In this document: positions 1-8,652 of the stretch, piece by piece
Layout: every line of letters begins with the position of its first letter
Position numbering within the stretch: position 1 is the first letter of the stretch
From: Longivirga aurantiaca
GTDB lineage: Bacteria; Actinomycetota; Actinomycetes; S36-B12; CAIYMF01
Length of the DNA stretch: 32,000 nucleotides
Direction: 5' to 3'
NCBI RefSeq assembly: GCF_042660085.1
Contig: NZ_JBHSTI010000008.1
Location: 780,001-812,000, forward strand
Notes under the pieces: generated by a model
Told to the model about the DNA's origin: nothing
Database searches by the model: none
What the model saw: only the letters and a program-made list of their open reading frames with translations
Made by a program: the position numbers and the translations under genes

Positions 1-529
1 GGCCCATGAGCGCGGAGGCCACGACCTGCTGCACCGTGGTCTTCGCGTCCTGCCCGTTGAGGATGTTGGCCCCGTGCAGCAGCCCGAAGACCACCGACGA
101 GACCACACCGACCCAGACCAGGCCGAGCCCGGCCTCCTGCAGCGCGCCGACGAAGTAGCCGCGGATGAGCAGCTCCTCGGACAGCCCCACGAGGAACGTC
201 GCGAGCAGTGCGACGCCGACGAAGCGCCCGTTCACCTGCGACCAGGGATTGCGCACCAGGCGCAGGACGACGCCGAGCAGGATCACGACCGGGATCGCCC
301 ACAGCCACGCCGCGGAGACGGTCGGCGCGAAGGAGAAGGCGTCGGCCAGCCGTCCGGTCGCGGCGAGGAAAGCCACGAGCACCGCCGTCATGACCGCGAC
401 GGGGATGAGCACGCCCTTGCGGAGGTTCGGCTCGCTCTCGGCGATGGCGACGTACGGCACGCCTGACGCCTTCTGCAGCGCTATCAGCCCGGCCAGGTAC
501 ACCGCGCACACGACGATCCCGAGCAGCAT
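1..529 (-). CDS. CPBP family intramembrane metalloprotease, 3' end cut by window
   Basis: Reverse-strand translation from ATG at 529: MLLGIVVCAVYLAGLIAL...LLATFLVGLSEELLIRGYFVGAL...SSVVFGLLHGANIL; EExxxR-like (SEELLIRG) and FxxxH (FGLLHG) motifs of CPBP proteases; hydrophobic segments. Confidence 0.85.
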   Translation of the reverse strand, partial: MLLGIVVCAVYLAGLIALQKASGVPYVAIAESEPNLRKGVLIPVAVMTAVLVAFLAATGRLADAFSFAPTVSAAWLWAIPVVILLGVVLRLVRNPWSQVNGRFVGVALLATFLVGLSEELLIRGYFVGALQEAGLGLVWVGVVSSVVFGLLHGANILNGQDAKTTVQQVVASALMG

Positions 530-603
530 GGCACCACCTCGCCGGGCGCCGGCCCCTCGGTGGCGTCCGCACCGACTCTAGCGACGCGTGCGAGGCTGGA
601 CCC

Positions 604-1836
604 GTGGACATCTCCCGTGAGCTCGACGTCGTCGTCTTCGGTGCCAGCGGCTTCGTCGGCCGCCTGACGGCCGAGCACCTCGCCGCACATGCCCCCAGCG
701 GCACGCGCATCGGCCTCTCCGGCCGCTCGCTCGAACGCCTCACGGAGGTGCGCGACTCGCTCGGCCCGGATGCCGCCGGCTGGCCGCTGATCGTCGCCGA
801 CGTCGACGAGCCGGCGTCGCTGCGGGCGCTCGCCGCACGCACCCGCGTGCTCGCGACCACCGTCGGTCCCTACCTGAAGTACGGCCTCGGAGTCGTCGAG
901 GCGTGCGCGTCGGCCGGCACCGACTACGTCGACCTCACCGGGGAGGTCCTGTTCGTCCGCGAGTCTCTCGACCACTGGGCCGACGTGGCCCGCGACTCCG
1001 GCGCGCGCATCGTGCACTCGTGCGGCTTCGACTCCATCCCGTCCGACCTGGGCGTCCTGCTGCTCGCCGAGGCGGCGCACGCCGACGGCGCCGGCACGCT
1101 CGAGGAGACCGTGCTGGTCGTGCGCTCGTTCGGCGGCGGGGTGAGCGGCGGCACGATCGACTCCGCGCGGACGATGGCGATGGCCGTCGCCGACGACCGC
1201 TCCCTGCTCAAGGTCCTCGGCGACCCGTACGCCCTCAGCCCCGACCGCGACGCCGAGCCCGACACCGCGCAGCCGTCCGACAACGCGCGCATCCGCCGCA
1301 GCGCCGGGCTGGGCACGTGGGTCGGCCCGTTCGTGATGGCGTCGTACAACACCCGCGTGGTGCGGATGTCCAACGCGCTGCAGGACTGGGCCTACGGCCG
1401 CACCTTCCGCTACGGCGAGGAGATGGCGTACGGCGGCGACGTGCTGGCCCCCGTCCGTGCGGCGGCGGTGAACGCCGGGCTGGCCGCGGGCGTGGCGGCC
1501 TTCGCGTTCGGGCCGACCCGCGCGGTCGTCGACCGCTTCCTGCCCAAGCCGGGCGAGGGGCCGAGCGAGGAGACGCGGATGAACGGCCACTTCAGCGTCG
1601 AGGTCCGCAGCCGTACGACCAGCGGGGCGACGTACGGCGCGGTCATCGCCGCCGACGGCGACCCCGGCTACCAGGCGACGTCGGTGATGCTCGGCGAGAG
1701 CGCGCTCGCGCTCGTGCACGACCGCGACCGTCTGCCCGACCGTGCGGGCGTGCTCACAGCGGCGTCGGGGATCGGCAGCGTGCTCGCGGAGCGCCTGCGC
1801 GCGCAGGGCTTCACGATCACGGTCCAGCGCATCTGA
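604..1836 (+). CDS. Saccharopine dehydrogenase / trans-acting enoyl reductase family protein
   Basis: 410 aa, N-terminal Rossmann motif VVVFGASGFVGRLTAEHLAAH, YVDLTGEVLFVRESLD and GFDSIPSDLG, typical of this family; GTG start. Confidence 0.85.
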   Translation: MDISRELDVVVFGASGFVGRLTAEHLAAHAPSGTRIGLSGRSLERLTEVRDSLGPDAAGWPLIVADVDEPASLRALAARTRVLATTVGPYLKYGLGVVEACASAGTDYVDLTGEVLFVRESLDHWADVARDSGARIVHSCGFDSIPSDLGVLLLAEAAHADGAGTLEETVLVVRSFGGGVSGGTIDSARTMAMAVADDRSLLKVLGDPYALSPDRDAEPDTAQPSDNARIRRSAGLGTWVGPFVMASYNTRVVRMSNALQDWAYGRTFRYGEEMAYGGDVLAPVRAAAVNAGLAAGVAAFAFGPTRAVVDRFLPKPGEGPSEETRMNGHFSVEVRSRTTSGATYGAVIAADGDPGYQATSVMLGESALALVHDRDRLPDRAGVLTAASGIGSVLAERLRAQGFTITVQRI

Positions 1837-1843
1837 CTCAGGC

Positions 1844-1885
1844 TGGATGCCAGATCCCGGGCCCCGTCCCGGAAACCGGCATCCA
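1844..1885. terminator. Hairpin between convergent genes (putative bidirectional terminator)
   Basis: TGGATGCC (1844-1851) pairs with GGCATCCA (1878-1885); inner CCGGG (1857-1861) pairs with CCCGG (1868-1872); sits between convergent stop codons at 1836 and 1895. Confidence 0.55.
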
Positions 1886-1894
1886 ACCTCGCAC

Positions 1895-2629
1895 CTACTG
1901 GAGCTGGCTCAGGAGGAACGCCGCGGCGAAGCCGGTCGTGGTCACGAGCCCGACGAGCCGGCCGCCGTTCTCGAAGGCCTCCGGCATCATCGTGTCGGCC
2001 AGCATCGTGAGGATGGCGCCGGCGGCGAAGGCCTGGATGACTGCGAGCACGGCGGGATCCGCGTCGCCGAGCAGGACGTAGGCGAGCATCGCGACGAGGC
2101 CCGAGGCGACCGCGACGCCCGACCACAGCATCAGGATCCAGCGCGGGGAGTGGCCCGCCTTGCGCAGGCCGGTGGCCGCCGACATCGCCTCGGGGATGTT
2201 CGACAGGAAGACCGCGACGACGACCGCGAGGCCCACCGGGCCGCCGCCGACGAGCGTGATGCCGATCGCCGCCGACTCCGGGATGCCGTCGAGCAGCGCG
2301 CCGAGCACGAGGCCCTTCGCGTCCTCGCCCGGCCCGCTCTGCTTCCCGCCCGACCGCTTGCGGTGCCGGCCGCCGATGCGGTCCAGGAGCCGGTCGCCGA
2401 CGTAGAACGTGAGTGCGCCCGCTGCGAGGCCGATGACCACCTCGCGCGCCCCGGCGGAGTCGTACGCCTCCTTGGTGAGCTCGAACGCGAGCGCGCTGAT
2501 GAGCACGCCGGCGCCGAACGCCATGACGAGGCCGATGGTTCGCGGGGAGAACTGCCGGGCCAGGCCGAGCACGGCGCCGACCACGAGGGCGATCCCGCCC
2601 ACGAAGCCCCACATCCCGGCGATCAGCAC
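1895..2629 (-). CDS. ZIP family divalent metal transporter
   Basis: 244 aa, multi-TM, LLDGIPESAAIG and VAVFLSNIPEAMSAA motifs typical of ZIP/ZupT transporters. Confidence 0.9.
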   Translation of the reverse strand: MLIAGMWGFVGGIALVVGAVLGLARQFSPRTIGLVMAFGAGVLISALAFELTKEAYDSAGAREVVIGLAAGALTFYVGDRLLDRIGGRHRKRSGGKQSGPGEDAKGLVLGALLDGIPESAAIGITLVGGGPVGLAVVVAVFLSNIPEAMSAATGLRKAGHSPRWILMLWSGVAVASGLVAMLAYVLLGDADPAVLAVIQAFAAGAILTMLADTMMPEAFENGGRLVGLVTTTGFAAAFLLSQLQ

Positions 2630-2689
2630 GCCGCCACCCTCTCACCGGGAGCACCGGGACGGTGGCTCGGCGAGCGCGAGATGCGTCGG

Positions 2690-3049
2690 CTACGGGGTCG
2701 GCGGCTTCGGGCCGAAGCGGCGTACCTCCTGGGGCCAGCCGCACGCCTCGGCGAGCCTGCCGGCCCAGTACCGCGCGGCCTCGACGTCGGGCACCTCCAC
2801 GACCGTGAGCCCCCCGAGGTGCTCCTTGGTCTCGGCATAGGGGCCGTCGGTGAACACGAGCGCGCCGCTGGTGGCGTCGGCGGCGAAGGCGTCGGACGTG
2901 TCGAGCTCGAGCCCGCCGGCGAAGAGGTAGACGCCGGCGGCCTTCATCTCCTCGACCACGGCCATCGCGAGAGGTCCCCGCGACGCGAACCACTCCGCGG
3001 GGTGGTCGCCGACCCACTGGTGGTTGAAGTAGATGAGGTACTCGGCCAT
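2690..3049 (-). CDS. YCII-related domain protein
   Basis: 119 aa MAEYLIYFNHQ...SGALVFTDGPYAETKEHLGGLTVVEVPDVEAARYWAGR; strong AGGAGGAGC ribosome binding site before ATG at 3049, so the longer ORF (to 3424) is over-extended. Confidence 0.8.
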   Translation of the reverse strand: MAEYLIYFNHQWVGDHPAEWFASRGPLAMAVVEEMKAAGVYLFAGGLELDTSDAFAADATSGALVFTDGPYAETKEHLGGLTVVEVPDVEAARYWAGRLAEACGWPQEVRRFGPKPPTP

Positions 3050-3188
3050 GGCTGCTCCTCCTGCCCCGGGCGGACGTCGTGCCCGCGTCACCACCTGTAC
3101 GAACGGCGAGCGGCCCGATCGACACGGTCGTGCGGCCGCCGTGCCCACATCCTGGCGGCTCGGATCGTCCCCGTCCGGGAACGGCCGG

Positions 3189-4466
3189 TCAGGTGGCGTC
3201 GCGCAGGAGGTTGCCGTCGCGGACGACCATGGCGAGGCGCGGCTGGGTGTAGGGGTAGGGCGTGGTGGCGAGGAGCTCGCGCTCCTCCACGACGGCCTGC
3301 TCGTACGTCGCGACCGTGCGGGCGGCAAGGGTCGGCCAGTCGTGGTCGCGGCCGAGGACGGCCCGGGCCTGCCGCACGACGCGCTGGGCCAGCACGTCGC
3401 TGCGCAGCACCTCGGTGACGGCATCGGCGAGCGCTGCGGCGTCGAGCGCGGGGAAGGTCAGCCCGGTCTCGCCGTTGGTGACGATCTCGGCCAGGCCGCC
3501 GGCGTCCGACACCACGAGCGGTGTGCCGAGCGCCGCAGCCTCGAGCGCGACGAGGCCGAAGGGCTCGTAGACCGAGGGCACCACGGCGACGTCGGCCGCG
3601 GCCGACACGGCCATGAGCTCGGTCTCGGTGAGCCAGCCCGTGAAGACGACCGACCGCGAGACGCGGAGCCGGCGCGCGAGGTCGGCGAGCGCCTCCTGCT
3701 GCGACCCCTTGCCCACCACGACGAGGCGCAGACCTGGGAACCGGCGACGCAGCCGAGGCATCGCCTCGACCAGCGTGTGCACACCCTTCTCCCACTCCAG
3801 GCGCCCGCTGAACAGCACCAGCGGGCCGTCGCCGCCCCAGCGGGCCCGGGCCTCGCCGACCTCGGCGTCGGAGACGGTCCACTCCGACAGGTCGATGCCG
3901 TTCGCGATCACGTCGACCTTGCCGGGAGGCAGCTCGAACAGCCGCGTGACCTCCCAGCTCATGTGCTGCGAGCACGTGACGACGCGGCGGGCCTCGTAGG
4001 TGAGCCACCACTCGACGGTGTGGATGGCCTTGGAGAAGTGGTTGGGCAGCCAGCCCTGGTGCCGGCCGGCCTCGGTCGCGTGGATGGTCGCGACGATCGG
4101 CACCTCGAACGCCTGGCGCAGGCTCGCGGCGGCATGGGCCACGATCCAGTCGTGCGCGTGCACCACCTCGGGCCGCCACGTACGGCCGAGGGCGAGGCCC
4201 GCGCGCGTCATCGAGTGCTCGAGCGCGATGACCCACGCGAGGAAGTCCTCGGACATCGTGATCTCGCTCGAGTCGTGCGGCGCGCGCACCACGCGCACGC
4301 CGTTCACGACCTCGTCGAGGGCCAGCCCGACCTCCCCGGGGTGCTGCGTGACGACGACGACGTCGTGCCCGGCCGCAGCCTGCGCCTCGGCGAGAGCGTG
4401 GACGTGCCGGCCGAGGCCGCCGTACACGAGCGGCGGGTACTCCCACGACAGGTGCAGGATCCGCAC
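3189..4466 (-). CDS. GT4 family glycosyltransferase (Rv3032-like alpha-glucan glucosyltransferase)
   Basis: Starts VRILHLSWEYPPLVYGGLGRHVHALAEA; contains VFSGRLEWEKGVHTLVEAMP and VVPSVYEPFGLVALEAAALGTPLVVSDAGGLAEIV; GTG start at 4466, 1 bp from the upstream stop (4468-4470). Confidence 0.88.
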   Translation of the reverse strand: MRILHLSWEYPPLVYGGLGRHVHALAEAQAAAGHDVVVVTQHPGEVGLALDEVVNGVRVVRAPHDSSEITMSEDFLAWVIALEHSMTRAGLALGRTWRPEVVHAHDWIVAHAAASLRQAFEVPIVATIHATEAGRHQGWLPNHFSKAIHTVEWWLTYEARRVVTCSQHMSWEVTRLFELPPGKVDVIANGIDLSEWTVSDAEVGEARARWGGDGPLVLFSGRLEWEKGVHTLVEAMPRLRRRFPGLRLVVVGKGSQQEALADLARRLRVSRSVVFTGWLTETELMAVSAAADVAVVPSVYEPFGLVALEAAALGTPLVVSDAGGLAEIVTNGETGLTFPALDAAALADAVTEVLRSDVLAQRVVRQARAVLGRDHDWPTLAARTVATYEQAVVEERELLATTPYPYTQPRLAMVVRDGNLLRDAT

Positions 4467-4467
4467 G

Positions 4468-6021
4468 TCAGACCACCCACTCGTGGGGGAGGTCGGGATC
4501 GGCGAGCCGGCGCGCATCGAGATGGCCGAAAGGCCTGTCGGCAGAACGCATCTCGACCGCATGGCGCACGGCGTCGGGGGAGCCGCGCTCGATCAGGGTC
4601 GCGAGCTCGTGCGTCTGCAGGTGGTGCCGGCGGTGCCGGTCTCGCGCATAGCCCGCGGCGGAGTCCTTGGTGACCATGAACGCCCAGTCGCTCGAGAGCG
4701 CGAGCAGCGCCGAGCGCACGAGCTGGTCGCGTGCGGCGTCCCGCGCGTAGGGGCGCGACTCCGCGTCGAGCACCTTGAGCACCCGCTGGCGCAGCAGGGC
4801 GTTGTCGTCGACGAGGTCGGCCACGGCCTCGCCGTCCCACACCCGCCAGTCCTTGCCCGACCCCCACGAGCCCGCCTCGAGGTCGAGCGCGCCGCCCACG
4901 TGCCCTGCCTCGACCGCGCCCCGCAGCGTCGTGACCCGCACGCCCGCCTCGGGCAGCAGCCGGAGCACGCGCTCGAGCCACTGCGGCCCCTCGTGCCACC
5001 AGTGCCCGAAGAGCTCGGTGTCGTACGCCGCGACGACGAGTCCCGGCCGTCCGTCCCGCTGGGCCGCGATGTCGGCGAGCCGGCGGCGCACCACCTCCAC
5101 GAAGTCGGCCGCGTCCTCCTCGACGGCGAGCCGCGCGCGGTCCGGGTCGTACGGCGCCTTCTCGTGCGACGGCGTCGTCGTGCTGGTCACGCGCGCGGGT
5201 CGGAAGCCCGACGGGTGGTCGAAGGTGTGGAAGTCGCGGTACCACCGCCCGCCCGGGTAGCCCTTCTTGGGCGACCAGACGCGGTAGGTAACCTCGAGGT
5301 CGCGCGCGAACGCCACGACGTCGCTCGACCCCACGGTCGCGGCCTCGGCGGTCGAGCCCCCGACGCCGAGGACTGTCGGGCCGTCGACGAGGAAGCGCTC
5401 GACGCCTGCCGCGGCGTAGAGGTGCTCGAGACCCGGGCGGTACCCGCACTCGGGCGCCCAGATCCCGCCCGGCCGCGACCCGAGCCGCAGGGCGGCGTCG
5501 TCGAGGCCCGTGCGCAGCGAGAACGACGTCCAGCGGTCGTCCAGCAGCGGCTGGAACGGGTGCGTGGCCGGGCCGCCGAGCAGCTCGACCGTGCCCTGGT
5601 CGACGAGCGGTCGGAGCACGGGGGAGAGGCCGCCGGACCAGCGGCCCTCGAGCTCGGCCAGCGCGCGCTGCGAGGCGCGGAACTCGCGCGACCCCGTCTC
5701 GCGCAGGTGGTCCTCGTCGCGGTGCGCGAGGCCCTCGGCGCGTGCCTGCCAGAAGCCGGCCCAGGTGCGCACCTCGCGCAGGCAGTAGGGGTCGTCGAGC
5801 TGCGCGGCGAGAACCGGTGTCATGCCGAGCGTGAGCACGTCCTCGCGACCCTCGTCGGCGAAGCGGTGCAGGAGGTCCAGCACCGGCAGGTACGACGTCG
5901 CCCACGCCTGGTAGAGCCACTCCTCGCCGACCGGCCAGGTGCCGTGGTGCGCCAGCCACGGCAGGTGCGTGTGGAGCACGAGGCAGAACGTGCCGACGGG
6001 CTCGTCCGTGCGCGCGGTCAT
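4468..6021 (-). CDS. GH57 / DUF1957 1,4-alpha-glucan branching enzyme-like protein (Rv3031-like)
   Basis: 517 aa starting MTARTDEPVGTFCLVLHTHLPWLAHHGTWPVGEEWLYQAW; conserved GGIWAPECGY (nucleophile Glu region) and YDTELFGHWWHEGPQW (catalytic Asp region). Start ATG 6021 overlaps upstream stop by 4 bp. Confidence 0.9.
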   Translation of the reverse strand: MTARTDEPVGTFCLVLHTHLPWLAHHGTWPVGEEWLYQAWATSYLPVLDLLHRFADEGREDVLTLGMTPVLAAQLDDPYCLREVRTWAGFWQARAEGLAHRDEDHLRETGSREFRASQRALAELEGRWSGGLSPVLRPLVDQGTVELLGGPATHPFQPLLDDRWTSFSLRTGLDDAALRLGSRPGGIWAPECGYRPGLEHLYAAAGVERFLVDGPTVLGVGGSTAEAATVGSSDVVAFARDLEVTYRVWSPKKGYPGGRWYRDFHTFDHPSGFRPARVTSTTTPSHEKAPYDPDRARLAVEEDAADFVEVVRRRLADIAAQRDGRPGLVVAAYDTELFGHWWHEGPQWLERVLRLLPEAGVRVTTLRGAVEAGHVGGALDLEAGSWGSGKDWRVWDGEAVADLVDDNALLRQRVLKVLDAESRPYARDAARDQLVRSALLALSSDWAFMVTKDSAAGYARDRHRRHHLQTHELATLIERGSPDAVRHAVEMRSADRPFGHLDARRLADPDLPHEWVV

Positions 6022-6779
6022 GGCCGCACCGCCACGGCGACGAGGTCCTGCGCACCGTCGTGCCCGCCGACCTCGAAGTCGGCCGCCGTCACCGTCGCCA
6101 CGAACGCCTCGAGACCGTCCGGCACGTGGCCGGAGTCCAACACCGCGGCGACCTGGGCGGCGACGATGCCGACGCCGTGCTCGGCCTCCCAGGCGGTGAT
6201 GCGCGGACCGTGCTGGAGGCCGTGCACCACGACGTCGACGAAGCCGGCGTCCACGAGCAGGTCGTGCAGCTGCCCGGCGTCGAGCTCCTCCACGTGGAAC
6301 GGGTTGGTCGGCTTCTCGCCGCGACCGAGGCCGGGCGAGAAGACGGGCCGGTTGGGCGTCGTCACCACGAGGGCGCCACCGGGGCGCACCGAGCGGAAGC
6401 AGGCGCGCAGGAACCCGCGCAGGTCCCACAGGTGCTCGACGACCTGCAGCGTCACGAGCAGGTCGACCGACGCGGTGGCCACGGGGAGCATCGCGAGGTT
6501 GGCGCGCACCGTGCGCACCGAGCCGTACGTCGTGTGCGCGTGCCGCGCGGACGCGTCGTCGTACTCGAGCGCGAGCACGGTCGCGGCACCCGCCGAGCGC
6601 AGCATCGCCGCGCCGTAGCCCTCGCCGCTGCCCGCCTCGACCACGGCCGCCCCGGACAGGCGGTCGGCGAGGGCGTCGACGAGCCAGGCGTAGGCCGCCT
6701 CGTGCCGGGCGAACCAGTACTCCTCGCCGCGCACGCCCGGGAGCGTGCGCTCGCCGGTCAGCGGCAGGGGGTGGCTCAC
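6018..6779 (-). CDS. Class I SAM-dependent methyltransferase (Rv3030-like)
   Basis: VVEAGSGEGYGAAMLRSAGAATVLALEYD SAM-binding motif, LVTLQVVEHLWDLRGFLRACFRSVRPGGALVVTTPN. GTG at 6779 preferred over 6800 because a TAGGGT -10-like element lies at 6788-6793. Confidence 0.82.
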   Translation of the reverse strand: MSHPLPLTGERTLPGVRGEEYWFARHEAAYAWLVDALADRLSGAAVVEAGSGEGYGAAMLRSAGAATVLALEYDDASARHAHTTYGSVRTVRANLAMLPVATASVDLLVTLQVVEHLWDLRGFLRACFRSVRPGGALVVTTPNRPVFSPGLGRGEKPTNPFHVEELDAGQLHDLLVDAGFVDVVVHGLQHGPRITAWEAEHGVGIVAAQVAAVLDSGHVPDGLEAFVATVTAADFEVGGHDGAQDLVAVAVRP

Positions 6780-6816
6780 GCCTCCAGACCCTAGGCGCAC
6801 CTGGCCGCAGGAAGAA

Positions 6817-6844
6817 CCTGACGAGCCCCAGGTGGGCCGTCAGG
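6817..6844 (-). terminator. Intrinsic terminator overlapping stop codon of the FN3 gene
   Basis: CCTGACG (6817-6823)/CGTCAGG (6838-6844) plus inner GCCC/GGGC; on the minus strand it is followed by TTCTTCC. Confidence 0.55.
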
Positions 6845-8651
6845 CGACCTTGCGGCTCATCGTGGCCGAGTAGCCGGTGGCGATGGTCGAGCTCCCCGTC
6901 ACCGCCACGCGGAGGGAGTAGGTGGCGCGCACGGTGGGCTTCCACTTCAGTGTGACCTTGCCCGTCGACGACAGCTTCCCGGTCGCGACGGTCACCCACG
7001 ACGAGCCCGACTTCTTCTGCAGCGAGGCGATGGCGCCCGCCGGCGCTCCCCCTGTCGAGACCGGCACGTAGATCGTCGAGCCGAAGGCGTACGAGGTCTT
7101 CGGCGCGAACGACGAGCTCGTCGTCTTGGCGGTCACGCCGACGTGCGGGCTCACCGTGATGATCGTGCTGCTGGCCTGGGCGGCGCCGAGGGCGACGGAG
7201 CCGAAGTACCGGGCCTGCACGGCGGTCTTCGCACCGAACGAGCGGGTGATCGACCAGGCGCCCGTGCTGGTCAGGGTGACGGTGCTGGCACGTGTCCAGG
7301 TGGCTGCGCCGTACTGCTTGATCCAGATCTGCACCTGCTGGCCCGCCTCGGACTTGCTCGTGATGGCGAGCGTGCCGCGCAGCGTGATCTTCTGCGTCGC
7401 GGAGGGCGTGGTGTCGGTGGCGGCCGCGGTCAGCGACGCGGCCGACGGGGCGGGCCCGTTCGGGGCGGCGGTCGCAGCGGCGTCGGTCCAGCCGGAGGCG
7501 CCGATCTCGTTGACCGCCGCGACCTGGGCGAGGACGGGGAAGCCGTTGAGCAGCCCCGTCACATCGACGCTGGTGCTGCCGGTCGTGGCGGTGCCCAGCA
7601 CGGTCCGGGTGGTGGCGTCGACCACGCGCACGGAGTACGACGTCACGGCCATGCCGCCGTCGTCGCTCGGGGCCTCCCAGGAGACGGTGATCCTGCCGTT
7701 GCCCGGTGCGACCGTCGGTGTGCTGACGGCGCTCGGCACGGTGGCCTGGTCCCACTCCACCGCGGTCGAGAACCTGCCGGGCCCCCAGGCGCAGGTGGCT
7801 GCCACCTGGAGGTCCTGGATGCCCGGGTCGAGCGAGCTCAGGGTCACCGAGCGGGCCGCGGCACCGAGCGTGGCGACGGGGATCCCTCCGGAGTACACGA
7901 CGTACCCGGTCACGGTGACACCGCCGGCCACGGACTCGGTCCACGTGACGGTGGGGTGAGCGGTGCCGGTGACCGTGACGACCGGTGCCGACGGCAGCAC
8001 GCCGCGCAGCACGGTCACCGGTTCGCCCCAGCCCCAGCCCTGGGCGTTCACGGGGACCACCCGGACCTGGTGCGGGCCGTAGGTGAGGCCGGCCAGGGAG
8101 AAGGTGCGCACGGCTGCGCCGAGGGAGACCCACGGATCGCTGTCGACCTGCACGACGTAGCCCGTCACCGGCGAGCCGCCGTCGATCAGCGGCTCGTCCC
8201 ACGTGACCGTGGCGTCCATGCCGTCGTTGCCCGTGAGGTTCTCGACCGGCTGCGGCGAGCGGCGGTTCACCTGCATCTGCTTGGTGAGGGTGCGCGCGGA
8301 CCCCGTCTCGTCCGTGAAGGTCACGGTGACGGTGTGCGAGACCGGCGACGCGTCGGTGCCCGACGCGATCGCCTGCACCTGCCAGTCGGTCGTGTAGTGG
8401 GGCTCGGCGGGGAGGTCGAGGGTGGGACCGCCCGAGATCGAGACGGTCGCGTCGAGAACGCCGTTGGGGCACGTCGTCGAGCAGCGCAGCCCGAGGTCGA
8501 TCCAGTCGCCGACCCAGGTCTTGGCGGGGGCCTCGACCGTGTACGTCACGGGCGAGAGGGCGGAGGCGGGCGCTGCAGCCGTGAGTCCCGTGCTCACGAG
8601 GGCGACAGCGGTCGCGACGGCGGCCGCGAGGCGGCGCAGGGTGCGGTTCAT
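6840..8651 (-). CDS. Secreted fibronectin type III repeat protein
   Basis: 603 aa; Sec signal MNRTLRRLAAAVATAVALVSTGLTAAAPASA; about three FN3-like repeats (e.g. VPSAVSTPTVAPGNGRITVSWEAPSDDGGMAVTSYSVRV); C-terminal beta-sandwich-like repeats; no LPXTG anchor. Confidence 0.85.
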   Translation of the reverse strand: MNRTLRRLAAAVATAVALVSTGLTAAAPASALSPVTYTVEAPAKTWVGDWIDLGLRCSTTCPNGVLDATVSISGGPTLDLPAEPHYTTDWQVQAIASGTDASPVSHTVTVTFTDETGSARTLTKQMQVNRRSPQPVENLTGNDGMDATVTWDEPLIDGGSPVTGYVVQVDSDPWVSLGAAVRTFSLAGLTYGPHQVRVVPVNAQGWGWGEPVTVLRGVLPSAPVVTVTGTAHPTVTWTESVAGGVTVTGYVVYSGGIPVATLGAAARSVTLSSLDPGIQDLQVAATCAWGPGRFSTAVEWDQATVPSAVSTPTVAPGNGRITVSWEAPSDDGGMAVTSYSVRVVDATTRTVLGTATTGSTSVDVTGLLNGFPVLAQVAAVNEIGASGWTDAAATAAPNGPAPSAASLTAAATDTTPSATQKITLRGTLAITSKSEAGQQVQIWIKQYGAATWTRASTVTLTSTGAWSITRSFGAKTAVQARYFGSVALGAAQASSTIITVSPHVGVTAKTTSSSFAPKTSYAFGSTIYVPVSTGGAPAGAIASLQKKSGSSWVTVATGKLSSTGKVTLKWKPTVRATYSLRVAVTGSSTIATGYSATMSRKVA

Positions 8652-8652
8652 G

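Noticed and set aside
4468-8472. 1334-aa minus-strand ORF running through GH57, methyltransferase and part of the FN3 region
   Set aside because: Only the C-terminal 517 aa match a protein family; the upstream part is antiframe read-through of Arg/Pro/Ala-rich sequence in high-GC DNA, and the in-frame ATG at 6021 with 4-bp overlap is the natural start.
6840-8651. Repeats in the FN3 protein considered as a recombination hotspot or nucleotide-level tandem repeat
   Set aside because: The FN3 units are similar only at the protein-fold level; no near-identical DNA repeats are visible.
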